Assembly (NCBI GenBank): GCA_023920165.1
Contig: CP089276.1
Span: 3,596,001-3,660,000 of the forward strand
DNA from: Curvularia clavata
Lineage: Eukaryota
DNA length: 64,000 nucleotides
Reading direction: 5' to 3'
In this document: in pieces, positions 37,497 to 50,092 of the stretch
Layout of the letters: every line of letters begins with the position of its first letter
How positions within the stretch are numbered: the first letter of the stretch is position 1
The notes under the pieces: generated by a model
Seen by the model: the letters and a program-made list of their open reading frames with translations, nothing else
What the model was told of the DNA's origin: nothing
The model's database searches: none
Translations under genes and position numbers: made by a program

Positions 37497-39262
37497 CTAT
37501 TCATCTCTCTCAACAATCACGTCGAATGCAGCCTCATCCACCATCATCCAGAAAGCCTCGCATCTTCTCCTCGCAATGATCTCTTCCAACACCCCACTGC
37601 CTCTCTTAGATAGAATATGTTCGCTGATATCATACCCACTAGTCGCTCCATTAGATAACATGGGCGTTATCAAGATTTCCAGAACTTTCAAGCCCGGCCA
37701 CCGGATGTGGTTCTTTTGCTCGCTAAATAGCCCCTGCAGCCACTCACTTTCCAAGAACGTCTCATCAACGTCGAAGATTTTGAGATGCTGCAGGGAAACG
37801 GGGAGCGCGGTCAAAGCGGAAAGCTCAAAGTCGCCTTCGAGCACAGCATCGAAAAGCATGCTGTCTAACTTGATCGATACGAGCGCCGCTTGGGGTACAA
37901 TCAGTTTTTGAAGCTGTGTGAACTGGTTGAAACGTGGTAGGGGCTTGCGGACTGACCCAGGCAGCGTCCAAAAGCCACCGGGGAGATGCAGACATTGGAG
38001 AGTAGGTCGTAGATGCACAATGCTGTCGACGAGGAATTGGTAGTCGGTGATTTCGGTACGGGCGTCGTATATCGCTCGATCTTCATTGCAGTTAGAGTCT
38101 TTGATATGCTTTAGACAAATTATGCCTTACCCCAAGAAGTTTCACAAGACGCATTTGTGGAAGGAGACGGCGGCTCAGGATAGGCCTGAATGTCTTTTTG
38201 ATGGGCAGGAAATGCTCTTACGCTACGGTAGGGGTTTTTGAGGCTGGAAGTCTCGGCATAGTAGGCAAGACTTTCCAAGTTCCGGAAACCTTGTATCACA
38301 TTCGACATACAGGTTCGCCCTGCACGGTTCCAAATACCAATCGTTCTGACTTCAAAGTCCAGCCGCAGGTGCTTTATATTGCGAAACTTTTCTGCTGCAG
38401 CGAGGAACCGCCCAGACAATCCTATCACCGCAAATGCTGTCTTGCCTTGTAACCTCATACTCAAATCAAGAGTCTGTAGCTGCTGAAAAAGCTCAATCCC
38501 TTGAATAATATTGGGTAACTCGCTTTCAATTTTGAGGTAGTGAAGAGAACTTAGGAAAGATGGCGTATTCGAAAACTGCTTAGCCCATTCAAAGCTCGCG
38601 ACTGTAGATAGACTAGAGATGCATAGGACCTCCAGCTCTGGTAGCGCCGCCAAGAGGACTTTGTAGAAACCTCCAGATTCGACTGTGAGATTGTGACAGC
38701 ACGCTGCCTTCGAGACGGGAGACACAGAGTGCGAATCTAGCATCCTGAGCCCTTGAACGACAATCTCCCTTGATGCAGCGGCCTCTTTGTATGAGAGGCA
38801 AACACGAAGTTGTTTGAGATGGCGACGAAGCTGCGGCCTCGTATGAAGATGAAGCATTAAACCTGAGATATTCGACTTTTCATGCCCAGGAAGAGTGTTT
38901 GAGTTAACGGGTGATAGTACAACTGCGTGCAATTGGACCTCTGGGATGAGAGTCGCAAAACGTTTAGATGTTAAAGCAATGTCTTGTAGCCAGCGGTTAC
39001 ACATCAGGAAATCTTCAAAGAGAAACTGGTCTGGCGGAGATGGCGGAGGGTCATCGGGTATATAGCCGATGATACGTGCCTCGCGGTGCAAATCGATGAA
39101 TGAGAATATCTTCAACAATATCTCATTTGGCAGATCATCTAGTGACGTTGCCTTGGGGGTGCCTGACGTGCCAGGTTAGCAGATGGATCACGTGGGGCCC
39201 TTTCACGTGAGCAACTGGAGGTAGTTACTTTTGGCGCTGCTCGGGATGGCATGAGTCTCCAT
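37497..39262 (-). CDS. F-box-like protein with leucine-rich-repeat-like C-terminal region
   Basis: A short first exon and intron lead to SLDDLPNEILLKIFSFI (F-box-like). Repeated LxxLxL segments follow (LPELEVLCI, LQTLDLS, IKHLRLD, LESLAY, LQKLIV, LQHLKI, LKVLEI). Confidence 0.7.
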
Positions 39263-40399
39263 TACGAGGCCGGAAAGAGCCCAAACCTCGAGAATCTTGA
39301 ATGACGTTCGTCGGGAAAGGGAAAGTCAAGTCAGCTAGCGAAGGAAGGCGAAAAGCTCGCTAAGACGCAAATGGATTAGTTCCATACAGCACCGACCAGT
39401 GCTACTTGGTGAAGATGCAAAATTGATTTCTTCAATTTTCAGCCATATGTGATGAAGTCTACTGATACCTAGGTATTAAGAATCGAATAGAGTTGAAGGG
39501 TTTATTTCCGTCGAGTTGCGTCAAACAACAGGATCAAGCTGGACGGTTGGTCTCCACGAGCAACTGAATAAGCGATGAAATAGATACTTAGTGAGGATGC
39601 AAATTCATCATCAACATGCCTGCCAGATCCTGGCAGCTTACCATCCCTTCTGCTTTTCTTCCCAGCGTGAAACCCAGCAGTTGCTGAGCAGAAAGGATTT
39701 CGTGTCCTGTTGTCCATGATTAGATGGTGAAGGAGAGACTTTGAAGCCAGCGTTTAATGATCGATCTTAGCCTTGCGTTATCGCCGCTAGTGCGGCAGGT
39801 ATTCGTTTACTAAACATGCTGTCTCAAGCGGTGATGAAGCAGATAGCACTATGACAGCATAAATGTCATAGCCTTGACTCTCACCGTATAATGAGCTCTT
39901 GCCCACCAGCTCTCATATGGAACTATCGTTCTAGACACTGTTTTAATCATTTTTTGGGGTGGGCTGCGAATAGTGGTGATAGAGTCGTGTACTAGCGGTA
40001 AGGCTAAGCCCAATCTTGTAATTTTACGTTCACATTCACTTCTTGCAACTACAAACGGAATTCGCCACCTTTGCTTTACATAAGCACAAACGGAAACTCC
40101 CACATATAAACCACATTCCTGCCTGCTCCCTCGCCCGCTTCCTTACTTACTCTCTCACCCATAACTATATATATACGCACACTACAACCAAACCACTCTC
40201 TTATTCTATAATTATATATATCATCACTCCCAGTTCACAACTTGACACAACACAGTGTCTTGCAAGGCAACTGAAACCTTACCCTCCGACAAGGCACCTA
40301 GTACGACCGAGTCGTTCGTACTACTTAGGTAATGTGATAACAGTATGTGACATATTGAAAGCTCTTCTAATACTGCAGCAGAATGTTAGAACTGGAGCA

Positions 40400-41043
40400 G
40401 CGAAGGAGAAGCGCCAGTATAAACGACTAAATTCTCGCGAAGGGCTATGGGTATCGAGCTTCACGTGGCTCTGCTCACAACAAGCGTGGCGTCGAGACGT
40501 TGCGCTAGCACGCAAGCGCGCTCAAGATGCTATGTCGCATAGGCTGTCTTCAGTCCACATATTGGCTTCTATGATCATACAAGCATTCCAATGCCATAGC
40601 TCTCGCGGCCCTTCCGCCTGGCGAGAAAGTCCTGGATGTGGGAGCGGGCGCCGACCGTTTCATCGCGCAATCTAAGAAGATAGTTAGCAGCGGGTTTTAC
40701 CTCTGTCAACATTCCATGAATACTCCAGCGACTTGGACTTGCTGCCAGTCCGAATGGCAATCCTTCCACCCCTGTCGACTCCAGCGATGAGGACTCGGGT
40801 AGTGATGAGCAGATTGCACCCTGTGTGGGCGATACACATACTGTATACACCACGCTTTACACGCTCGATGGAGGAAAAGACGAGAGTTTTGGCCTCGGGA
40901 CGACAGTTTTCTGGCGTGACCCTCTCCGATTTTCAATCAGTCGCGTAGTGCATGTTGCACCCGGTTCGATAACGATTACTGGTTGGATTGTGAAGTACCC
41001 AGTCCCGCAGTGTCGTCAAATTTACTATCCAGACCGCACTTGA
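40400..41043 (+). pseudogene. Decayed paralogous fragment of the gene at 42.3-43.9 kb
   Basis: LDGGKDESFGLGTTVFWRDPLRFSISRVVHVAPGSITITGWIVKYP aligns without gaps to LDGGKDEFLRLRMTVFRRHPLRFSIGRAVHVEPGSTMITGWSAKYP. The flanks contain stops and frameshifts. Confidence 0.75.
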
Positions 41044-42300
41044 TCGGCTATGACCGTTGGGGTAGTCCAGGCAGACGGCGCTGCTCAGAATGCCGCTCAG
41101 GATGCCGGCTTCCTTGTCAGCAGAGTCGAACCCGTCGGCAAGGGAGCCTGCTAATGCCAGACGGACAGCATTCCCTATCACAAGCTAATTTTAATGCCAT
41201 GGCTTTCCAGGACCTTCTTCGGATCGTGTATAATATCCTATAACAGTCATGGTTGCTAGCTGGAAAGCCGAAAAGAGTGGGTACAAGAGGGAGTTGGAGG
41301 GGGCGAACACATCCGATACCAACTCAGTCGAGCATCACAAATAAACGAACCCCCCAAGCTCAGACGTACTTCACGGAAAACCGCACATCAAACAAATGCA
41401 AAACTCAAGAATCTCGATTGGTCCAGACCACGATAGATACCTATCAGCTCTCCACCTAAATGCAGATTCCTCGGCATTCAGGGGGACTCGCCATGGAACC
41501 TGCTACAACAAGCCTAGTAGTGAGCGTTGTCCGTCGTAGCCAAGGTTAGCCTTTGGAGACACCCTGTAATCTTGTCAGCTCCAGTGATTATCATCAGATC
41601 GCACCGCCCATGACTACCCATCGTCCGACTAAGGTGCGACAGTAAATCCGTCACTCGCCTTCTTCAAACAAAATGCACTGATAACGGCATCACGCTTAAA
41701 CCCGGCGTTCTATACGCACACCACATAGTTGAGGTAGCCGAAAGATTACACCATACTGTTCGGGAAAGATCAGCTGAGATGATAGCTGACGCAGTACCCC
41801 TACCACACAAGCTATCATTTACAGAATGGAAGAAATGCTGCGTAATGCAACACCACCCGAAGGTCTGTGGACATATGCTCTACTCGAAGTATGGTGACTA
41901 GCACGGATGCTGGTTACGTTGGGCTTGACAAATATTGGCTCACCTGCAATCAAAAGGGGAACGTATTACATACGAAAACTCTGACCCGACAAAGGAATCA
42001 TCAGACGATGCAGCCGAGCCTGCCAGCGAGGTTTCTAAGTCCGTTAGTGGACTAGGCACATCTAACAGTGATGCAATCTCCGCCGAGGACAAGTTATAAC
42101 CCGATGCATCGATGTATAGACGAAGGAATATATAAGAAGAGCGAGAGTAACCCAGAATTGTAAGACACTGCCGCAGATCAGGGCCTTTTATACCCTGTGG
42201 ATGCTATATTTCCACTGTGGAAGACCGGAGATACATTTTTTGTTCATCATGCCAACAATGTCGGAATGACTACCCGACTACCCGATTCACCAAAAACTTG

Positions 42301-43926
42301 AAGATGGAAACATCCCAATCTTGCTGGCTTCAGCAAGGCGCACCCTAGAAGATGGAGCCCAAGGCGAATATCGAGCACATATTTGATCGTCATTACATGG
42401 TTCACGTTTTCATACCTCGCAACATAAACTCTCGCGTAGAAGCAGCAAGTCAACAGGAACAGGAACCGGAATGGTGAATTACGTATTTCCAAACTATGAA
42501 GCGAGGTATATATGACGGCAGAACTCCTATCTATGAGGTGAACCCGAGAAGCTTTGCGGAGTATAGCCCCAGTAAATAGAGATGGAGCAAAAAGGACATC
42601 GCAAAACTTGAGACGATCTGCAAGGAAATCGAGCATAGTCCAGCCATCAACCCTAGTGGATTGAAGTTGCCAAGAGGACGTCCGGACGGTGCGCCTTGGC
42701 TCTGGAGCCCTGAGCAAATGTACGAGGACCACGAATGGGAACATCTAGCGCGCATGTTCAGCGACAGGTTCAGGAGGATGATTACATCATGTGATTTTGC
42801 GAATGACCATAAGAACGAAAGCAGCCAGACTCTTTCTTTGACATGCGTCATCTTATGGTTCAAACTAGACGGGGGAAAAGACGAATTCCTACGTCTTAGA
42901 ATGACTGTCTTCCGCCGCCACCCTCTCCGGTTTTCGATCGGTCGCGCTGTGCACGTCGAGCCCGGTTCAACCATGATCACTGGTTGGAGCGCGAAATATC
43001 CGGAGTCTTTGAGCCAATATGATGATGCTCGACGAACCATTACGATGGAAACCTGGATGATGAACCGTGGTAAGTCGTTCATTACGCCTAGCCCTGCCGC
43101 ATTCGCAGCGTGGAAAGAGGTCATCCTTGCTTTCCCTCAGAAATCTAAATTCTGGGATGACTATCCACCGAACTTCGAACTAGGACCACTGACCTGGCCC
43201 CGCAACTGGAGATTCACAACATTCAGTGGCATTGTATCTGAGGAAGATCTCGACAGCATGGATGCATCCAACGATGAAGATACATCCGAGATCAGCGATG
43301 TCGATCTGCCCGAAGACGATGAAGAGCTGTCGTGGATCGAGGATGAAGAGGAAGAAGAAGCTAGATACGAGAGAGCGTCGCAGGTAGCCCACAGTGACGA
43401 CGAAACAGGCAAAAATCTCATTCCTGATACACGTGCAAGTGACAGTCGTCGTAGAGACCTGCCAATGGAGATACCCGATTCCGAAGAGGATTTCCCTGAC
43501 TTTAGTCATGATCTGCAAATCGTACTACAAGCTTTTGGGGCAACTGAACACGAAGAAAACCCTCTCTTGGCACTTGACAGAGTCGATGACGATGATCGCT
43601 TTCTGCAAAGTCTAGCTCATTATCTTCCTCAAGGTGTCCGAGAGCGCTACGAGAGTACGATCTCCAAGTGGAAGGCAACTATGTAAAAGACTGCAGTGCA
43701 AAAGATCGAGCGATTCAGTCTCTTCCAATCTGCCATTACCAAGCTGGGCAAGGAAGCCAGACTTGGATATTGCTTCCGCATTGACAAACTTGCTAGAGCC
43801 GAAGTACCAGAATGGCAGCAATATGAAGCAGCAATTGATGTTCCTTTCACGGAGGAAGAGAAGCAGTTCCATTCATTCGTGCGTTTTGCAAGTAGGTATC
43901 TTACTGCTGGAACTCGAGTGCCATAA
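42301..43926 (+). pseudogene. Lineage-specific gene of unknown function, probably interrupted by in-frame stops
   Basis: ORF 42661..43686 (acidic tract) and ORF 43696..43926 share one frame and are separated by a single TAA. Upstream, the same frame has TAG 42577, TGA 42475 and TAG 42346. Confidence 0.5.
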
Positions 43927-46900
43927 AGGTGGATAATTTTGAGAAGATTGGGTTCTATAATAAGTAGCCGGGAATACGCTACAGAGGTGGAGATTGATCA
44001 ACGCGTATTGTTGGTTTGGTTTTCAACAGGCAGGGTTTCATGATGATAAAATTGAGCGCCGACAGACTAGGTTGTTCCATAAAGAGAATTGAACCCCAAT
44101 TCTATAGTCGCTGTTAGCGAATTCGTTTTGTGCCGTCGCCTTGGAAATGCTAGTTGGCAGGTTGCAAGCGTTCTGAAAACGAGTTGCTTGCTTCGGCAGT
44201 GTCATGATTAGAGAAGGTCGGTTCGCGGCACTTGATAGCGAGCTGGGCTTGCACAACTTGCTCATGTCAAAGCGGAAAAGCAACATCCCTTCTTTACCTG
44301 CTTCCTGTCCAACCACCACTCGAACTAGTATGATGTGACCTGCAGCTTGCTGAATCTGGCCATCTCAGCGGCTGAGGAGGAGTAGACAAGCGTCTCTAGC
44401 TCAAAATGAAAACGCAGGAGTGAATACCTAGTAACCTGCAAGGTCCCTACCCGGGTTTGGCATTCCGACCAACCAGCACGTCTAAAGCTGTTAGGAATAT
44501 GAGGAGAAAGAATTCAAGAAAACCCAGGAGGCCTAGGATGGTACAGCTCTGTTAGCCCCAATGCGCGGCTCATTCTTAATGCGTCGTGATGTAAGATAGC
44601 ATCAATGACTAGAACATTATATGTTCTAGTGCGTGCAGCTAGAAAGTTTGGGCAGCATCGATTCCAAAATCATGCCGTCTGCCGCGTAGCATCCCATCTC
44701 CATCCAGCGTAGTCGTACGCTATCTCCATGCATGATAGTATACAAACCATGTTGTTCACCCCAAGATTCGGGTTCTCGTTCAAGCCCAACAACATGTTTT
44801 CATGACTCGGACGTACAACGAACTGGCGTGCTTTTTCGGGCCTCCGCATTCTCTTACCCCAACCATGATTCTAAAGAGCCGAATATTCTCCAGATGGAAA
44901 TCCCGCACCCACTCGGTTATGTGCGGCCAGATATCGTTTGGCCAACGCGTAGTGGCCGAGCTTTAGACCTCATGCAGCTAGTGTGAACGGCTAAAGGAAT
45001 CTAGGCATGCTGACCAAGGCCTTGGGAGCGTTCGCATTCGATGGTGTGTCGGCCTTTTGAGCGCCCAGACCTTTGAGGCTCCGACAAACCTCCCGCTCGC
45101 TCAACTGGGTCCACGCGTATGGTTTAGCGTGAGCAACGTCATCTGAGCGCGGGCGGCTACCGAGACATTATGCGGAGAAGGATGCTAGAAGGACGCTAGA
45201 ATACAGCTTCGAGATCGCGTCGTCTCTCAGCCTCTGTGCCTCTCTCGACTCCTGCCCACATGATGGTTCGCAGACTCATGGAGTTCCGTAGAGGTGTCTG
45301 GTGCAGCGAAACTTGTCTCCAAGTAGACGCAAGATGTAGCCAGAACGTAGATGAGCCTTGAACGACACACAGTAAAGAGGATCGATGAAGAGCGCAGGTA
45401 CTGATTCCGGCAACAACGTCCGCATTCACAAACACAGTAATCTTCGCCGGTTTCGGATGGAAGTGAGGTCATGCATAAAGCCCTGCAGTTATTCCCTCCC
45501 CCAATGCAGGGTGATTGGTGCACACGTATGCCTCGAACGACTATAATGCAAGCCACAATTGTTTTGATTCGACAGTATGCTAGGCCTAGCTAGCGGATAC
45601 TCCACAGGATCGCGTGAGGGTAAGCGGGTCTAGTTGAAATTGGCGCATTGTTGAGATGTCGATGTGTGCTCCAAATCAGTCCAGTGTTGTTACTGTGCCG
45701 CCACTGTACGCGATGCGCGCCCAACAGCTGAAGCTCCCTCAGCTGTTGGAGTCTGCGGGCAGCTCATCTGATAGCTGTCGTGGGTAGCACTGCGGTGATG
45801 CTGTGTGGGACGACAGAAGACTTGGATCCCAGTAGCTATCTGCGAACATGAGCACGTGACATGCTCTTTGAACATGATAAAATGCTATTCGATGCTATTG
45901 ATGACTATCGGACATTTTTTGGATGTTGCCAAGGGCCTGATCGGTGGTTTTCTGACGTGATCTAGTGTTATCGGACGTGACAAGCCACCACCTAACAGCT
46001 TAGGCGTCGCTGTCGCTGTAGCTGTCTAGTAGTTCTCCTGCATTGCCCAGGATTATCCGATAGCCGTTGGTTACTACCCGCATCCTATCAGATAGTAACT
46101 GAATCGGGCGATTGCCTTGACATCCTGTGAAAAGTCATCTCAAATGATGCTGCTCACATAACTATTGGGAGTCCCAGATCCTCCTCTCCCCCATCAATAT
46201 AGAGCGCTATGCCAGAACAACCCACTCCACTTTTGCCAATCCTAATAGCCCTCGGACAACCCCGACAGCGCCGGGCCCTCTGAGACGATTGCGGGCAGCC
46301 TCAAGACCCTCAACAGTGCCTGATGCAGATTCTCCACGCGCCAAGGGGCCAAAGGCTGCTGGTTGTGCGCTAACGCTAGGCAAGCCGCGTCGTAGGTTTC
46401 CCAGCTGGAGGGTCATGGCTTAGCACAGGGGCCTCCAGAACTTGACAAGCTTTCTTTGCTATTGCTTCTAAACCCTTTTACGTATTACATCACGCAGGCA
46501 AAAGACAAACAGCAGCGCAGGGCCAATGATGCATCAAGCCAATGTCGACAGAACACCTCGCTTGAAGTGCGTTTAGAATGAAGCTCCACATATGCGTGTC
46601 CCAGGCCCTGGGTACACCTCTGGGGCTCTCCACGGGGTTTTGCAACGCGGAGAGAGCTAGTGTATGTAGCCCCATGGAGAGTAGAGTTATCTGGTCAGCG
46701 ATGAGGCTCAAGGAATAAAGTGGAGATGCTGCATGCACTTGTCTTAGTGTCAGGTGCTGAAGCTTGCAATTGGCTAAGATGTGCATCATCCGACATGTCG
46801 GCAGCATTTTCGGAGAGACGGTGCCAACTAGCAGCAGCACGCTAAAAAGCAGCCAGCCTACCAGATCTTCCCTTCGCGATGAAAATTTGCGGAGACTGGG

Positions 46901-47257
46901 GTGTAGTGTACGGGGGGCAAATGTTTGGCCATAGGCTACCCCAACATCCCCAGCTGGTGCGCCGCTATCGCAGGGCCGGGCCTGGGGTGGTGTGTGAAGC
47001 TAGTGCTGAACTACCGACATGCTAGTGCTGTGCTAACAAGTCTGGATGGCACCAGCCCCATGTCGCGGCCTCAACCACACCATAGTATCACGGGCAAGAT
47101 GAAGTATATATTAGAACCAAAATCCCCCAAGGGAGAGATCATCAGGCGATCTCGCAGCTTTGTCTTTGATCAACCAGCCTGTGATCCTTGCTTGAGGGAG
47201 ATACTTTCCCCCAGAGTCCATCTTTAACCCCCATCTTTTCCTCCGCACTCCCAAACC

Positions 47258-48907
47258 ATGGGTTTCTTCAACAAGGGCGGCTCTCAAGAGCAGGCCCGCG
47301 AGCAGCAAGAGCGTCATGGTTCTACGGTTGAAGTTGATGGCGTGCAAGTCCGCTCTGGCGCAGCAGCCCTCACCGCCCGCCAATCCATCCTTCCAGTCAC
47401 CTTGGTCACTACGCTGTTCTTCTGCTGGGGTTTCGCCTATGGACTTCTCGACGTCTTGAACTCCCGTTTCCAAGTAGCTCTCGATATTTCCAAAGGGCAA
47501 TCGTCTGGACTTCAAGCAGCTTACTTCGGAGCCTACTTTATCGGCCCCTTGACTTACTCCGGGTGGTTCGTTCGTAAATTCGGCTACCGCTGGACATTTA
47601 TCCTCGGCCTCAGCATCTACTGCGTCGGTGCGTTGATGTTTTGGCCTTCAGCCGTCTACCGTTCGTTCCCTGGCTTTTGCGCAAGTCTCTTCATTGCTGG
47701 ATCTGGTTTGTCTACACTCGAAGTCAGCGCAAACCCGTATATCGCAGTCTGCGGTCCTCCAAAGTACAGCGAGATCAGGTTGGAACTTTCGCAATCCATC
47801 CAGGCTGTAGGATCCGTTGTTGCGCCTGTCTTGGCTTCAAAGGTCATATTTGCAAAGTTCGTCAACACCCATTCAACTGATTCGATGCTTTGTTTGCTAA
47901 CAATATATACAGTGTGGGTTCGGACGGCAAATCCCTCCACGCCGTACAATTTGTGTACCTTGGAATTGCGTGTTTCGTGGCGGCATTGGCCCTGGTCTTC
48001 TTCTTCTGCGGAAAATACATTCCGGAGATCACGGATAGCGACATGGCCGAACAAGAACTGAGCACCGCTAGCAATGGTTATGTCGACAAGCCCCTCCGAA
48101 AGCAATACACCCTCTTCTGGGGAACCTTTGCACAATTTTCCTATGTTGGTGCACAAGTCGGCTGTGCCGCCTACTTCATCAACTACTTCACTGATGCAAA
48201 CCCGCAACTCAGTGTCAACGAGGGTCACCGCCAGGGCGCCAACTTCTATGCCATTGCTCAGGCTCTCTTCGCCATCGGACGTTTCGCCGCGGCTGGTATC
48301 ATGTACCTCGGTCTTAAGCCTCGTTGGGTGTTGCTCACTTTCCAAACTGCTATCATCATCTTCATCTCCGCCGCCATTGGTGTCGACACGGGTAATGCCA
48401 ACACCCCTAACTGGGGAGGTATCAGCATGCTCATGATCGTTCTCTTCTTCGAGTCTTGCATCTTCCCAATCATCTTTGCTCTTACCCGTAAGTTTCTTAT
48501 TCCACTTCTCAACTATCCAAGACAACATCCAACTAACCCTCCTCTAGTGAGAGGTCTCGGTCGCCACACCAAGCGGGGTGCTTCCTTCCTTGTCGCCTCA
48601 GTCTGCGGTGGTGCCGTCGTTCCCGCTATCCTCGGAAATGTAGCTGACAAGATCGGCACAAGAAAGGCAATGTGTAAGTATTGCATTCGAATGATGATGA
48701 AAAATTGCTAATCAACTACCAGGCGTCCCACTCGCATTCTTTTTCATTGCGTGGAGTTACCCTATCTACCTCAACCTCGTCAAGGGCCGCGAGCTCGATG
48801 CTTATACCGAGAGCCATGTTGGTACTGAGCAGGCCGGCGCAGACTCCGACTCTGTACTTGCTGAGAAGGACGTTGCGGCCCGCACTTTCGAAACTACTAA
48901 GGTTTAG
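47258..48907 (+). CDS. MFS fucose:H+ symporter (FucP) family / glucose-galactose transporter, 4 exons
   Basis: Motifs LFFCWGFAYGLLDVLN, LQAAYFGAY, GLSTLEVSANPY, QFSYVGAQV, FFESCIFP and RGLGRHTKRG. Three GT-AG introns. Confidence 0.93.
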
Positions 48908-49127
48908 AATGGAGAAGGATTGAATTACCGCTTATAGAGCTGTGTTTCCTTTGATTGCTACTTGGCTGTTTCTGTAACTATAGACGATACCTATGATGAT
49001 AATGATGCGCAACTTTATTGCTAGCATGACTCAGACTCCGGTTCATATCCAGTGCTATCTTCTCTATTAAAACTTCACATAATCGTCTCATTCACTTTAT
49101 TTCAAGTACATGGCTGGCATCACGCCC

Positions 49128-49526
49128 TCATGCATCTTGCTGAACGCGATCTCTAAAGTAATCATCTGAGCCAAAGGTACGTGCAGCAAGCCCTTTGCCC
49201 GGTATATCTATAACTGCGACGAGCAATAGTGGGTCGTTTAATTGTTTCTTATCTCACTCTTCGAAAGTCTTAGCAGCAGCTTGCACCTCCCGGTCAGTAA
49301 ATCCAACGTTGAATACACTAGGTACATTCATTACTCCTGAAAGAGTGTCTGAAATTTCTCCAACTGTCTCTAGCGTAACAAAGAGATCAGATGCTCTTTC
49401 TTCAAACTTTGAATTTTCCTGGGAGAGCACTATAGCCTTGAGGTCAAGTGTTGGACTCGCAAGAACTCCAATTAACTGTCTGATGGTGAGAAGAGACATC
49501 AAGGTACAGAGTGCAGAAAGATGCAT
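49128..49526 (-). pseudogene. Truncated or pseudogenised secreted protein
   Basis: Signal peptide plus propeptide ending EER. A TGA at 49254-49256 is followed by a protein-like in-frame continuation (DKKQLNDPLLLVAVIDIPGKGLAARTFGSDDYFRDRVQQDA). Confidence 0.45.
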
Positions 49527-50017
49527 GCTGGAGTCAAGTAAGAATATGAAAGGTAGCCTAGTATAGCGTGTTGTAAAGATTTAGTTGGAGTAGAGCAGTT
49601 ATTGCTATAGTTAAGGTGTTTGTTTATGAGCAGAAGGTTCATCATGATGTAGAATAAGAGAGGCTACGGACTAGTTGTTGGGTGTTGTGTTTGAATTGCA
49701 ATATCTAATCTTAGAACATCTAAAATGCCGCACCTACTTTCGAGCCTGGCGCTTATCTTGTGCGCAGCGTCTGCCTTTTCAGTATAACGATTGCACTCTT
49801 ACAGTTAGACAGCATTATACAATAGATTAAGAGAGGTCAGCGTAAGTTTGGGATCTGTAGAGAACGCTGCAATACTGCGGCGTTAACTACCGTTCCGGTA
49901 CTATTTAGCGTCTTGCCAAGACAAGGCAGATAGAAACCCAACGTCAACGCTGTGACCAGCATGTCTAACAACCAACATAGCCTACCTAGCCGACCCCTAA
50001 GATTAAGGTACCTGAGA

Positions 50018-50041
50018 GAAGAAGAAGAAGAAGAAGAAGAA
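50018..50041. repeat. (GAA)8 microsatellite
   Basis: Perfect trinucleotide repeat just upstream of the 50093 ORF. Confidence 0.9.
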
Positions 50042-50092
50042 GACCATTACTAGACGCACTGCTAGGCTGATCCTACCTACCATTACGCAGCT

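Noticed and set aside
44608..44630. Perfect hairpin ACTAGAACAT-TAT-ATGTTCTAGT
   Set aside because: A single 10-bp stem can arise by chance in 64 kb, and nothing else supports a MITE or ncRNA.
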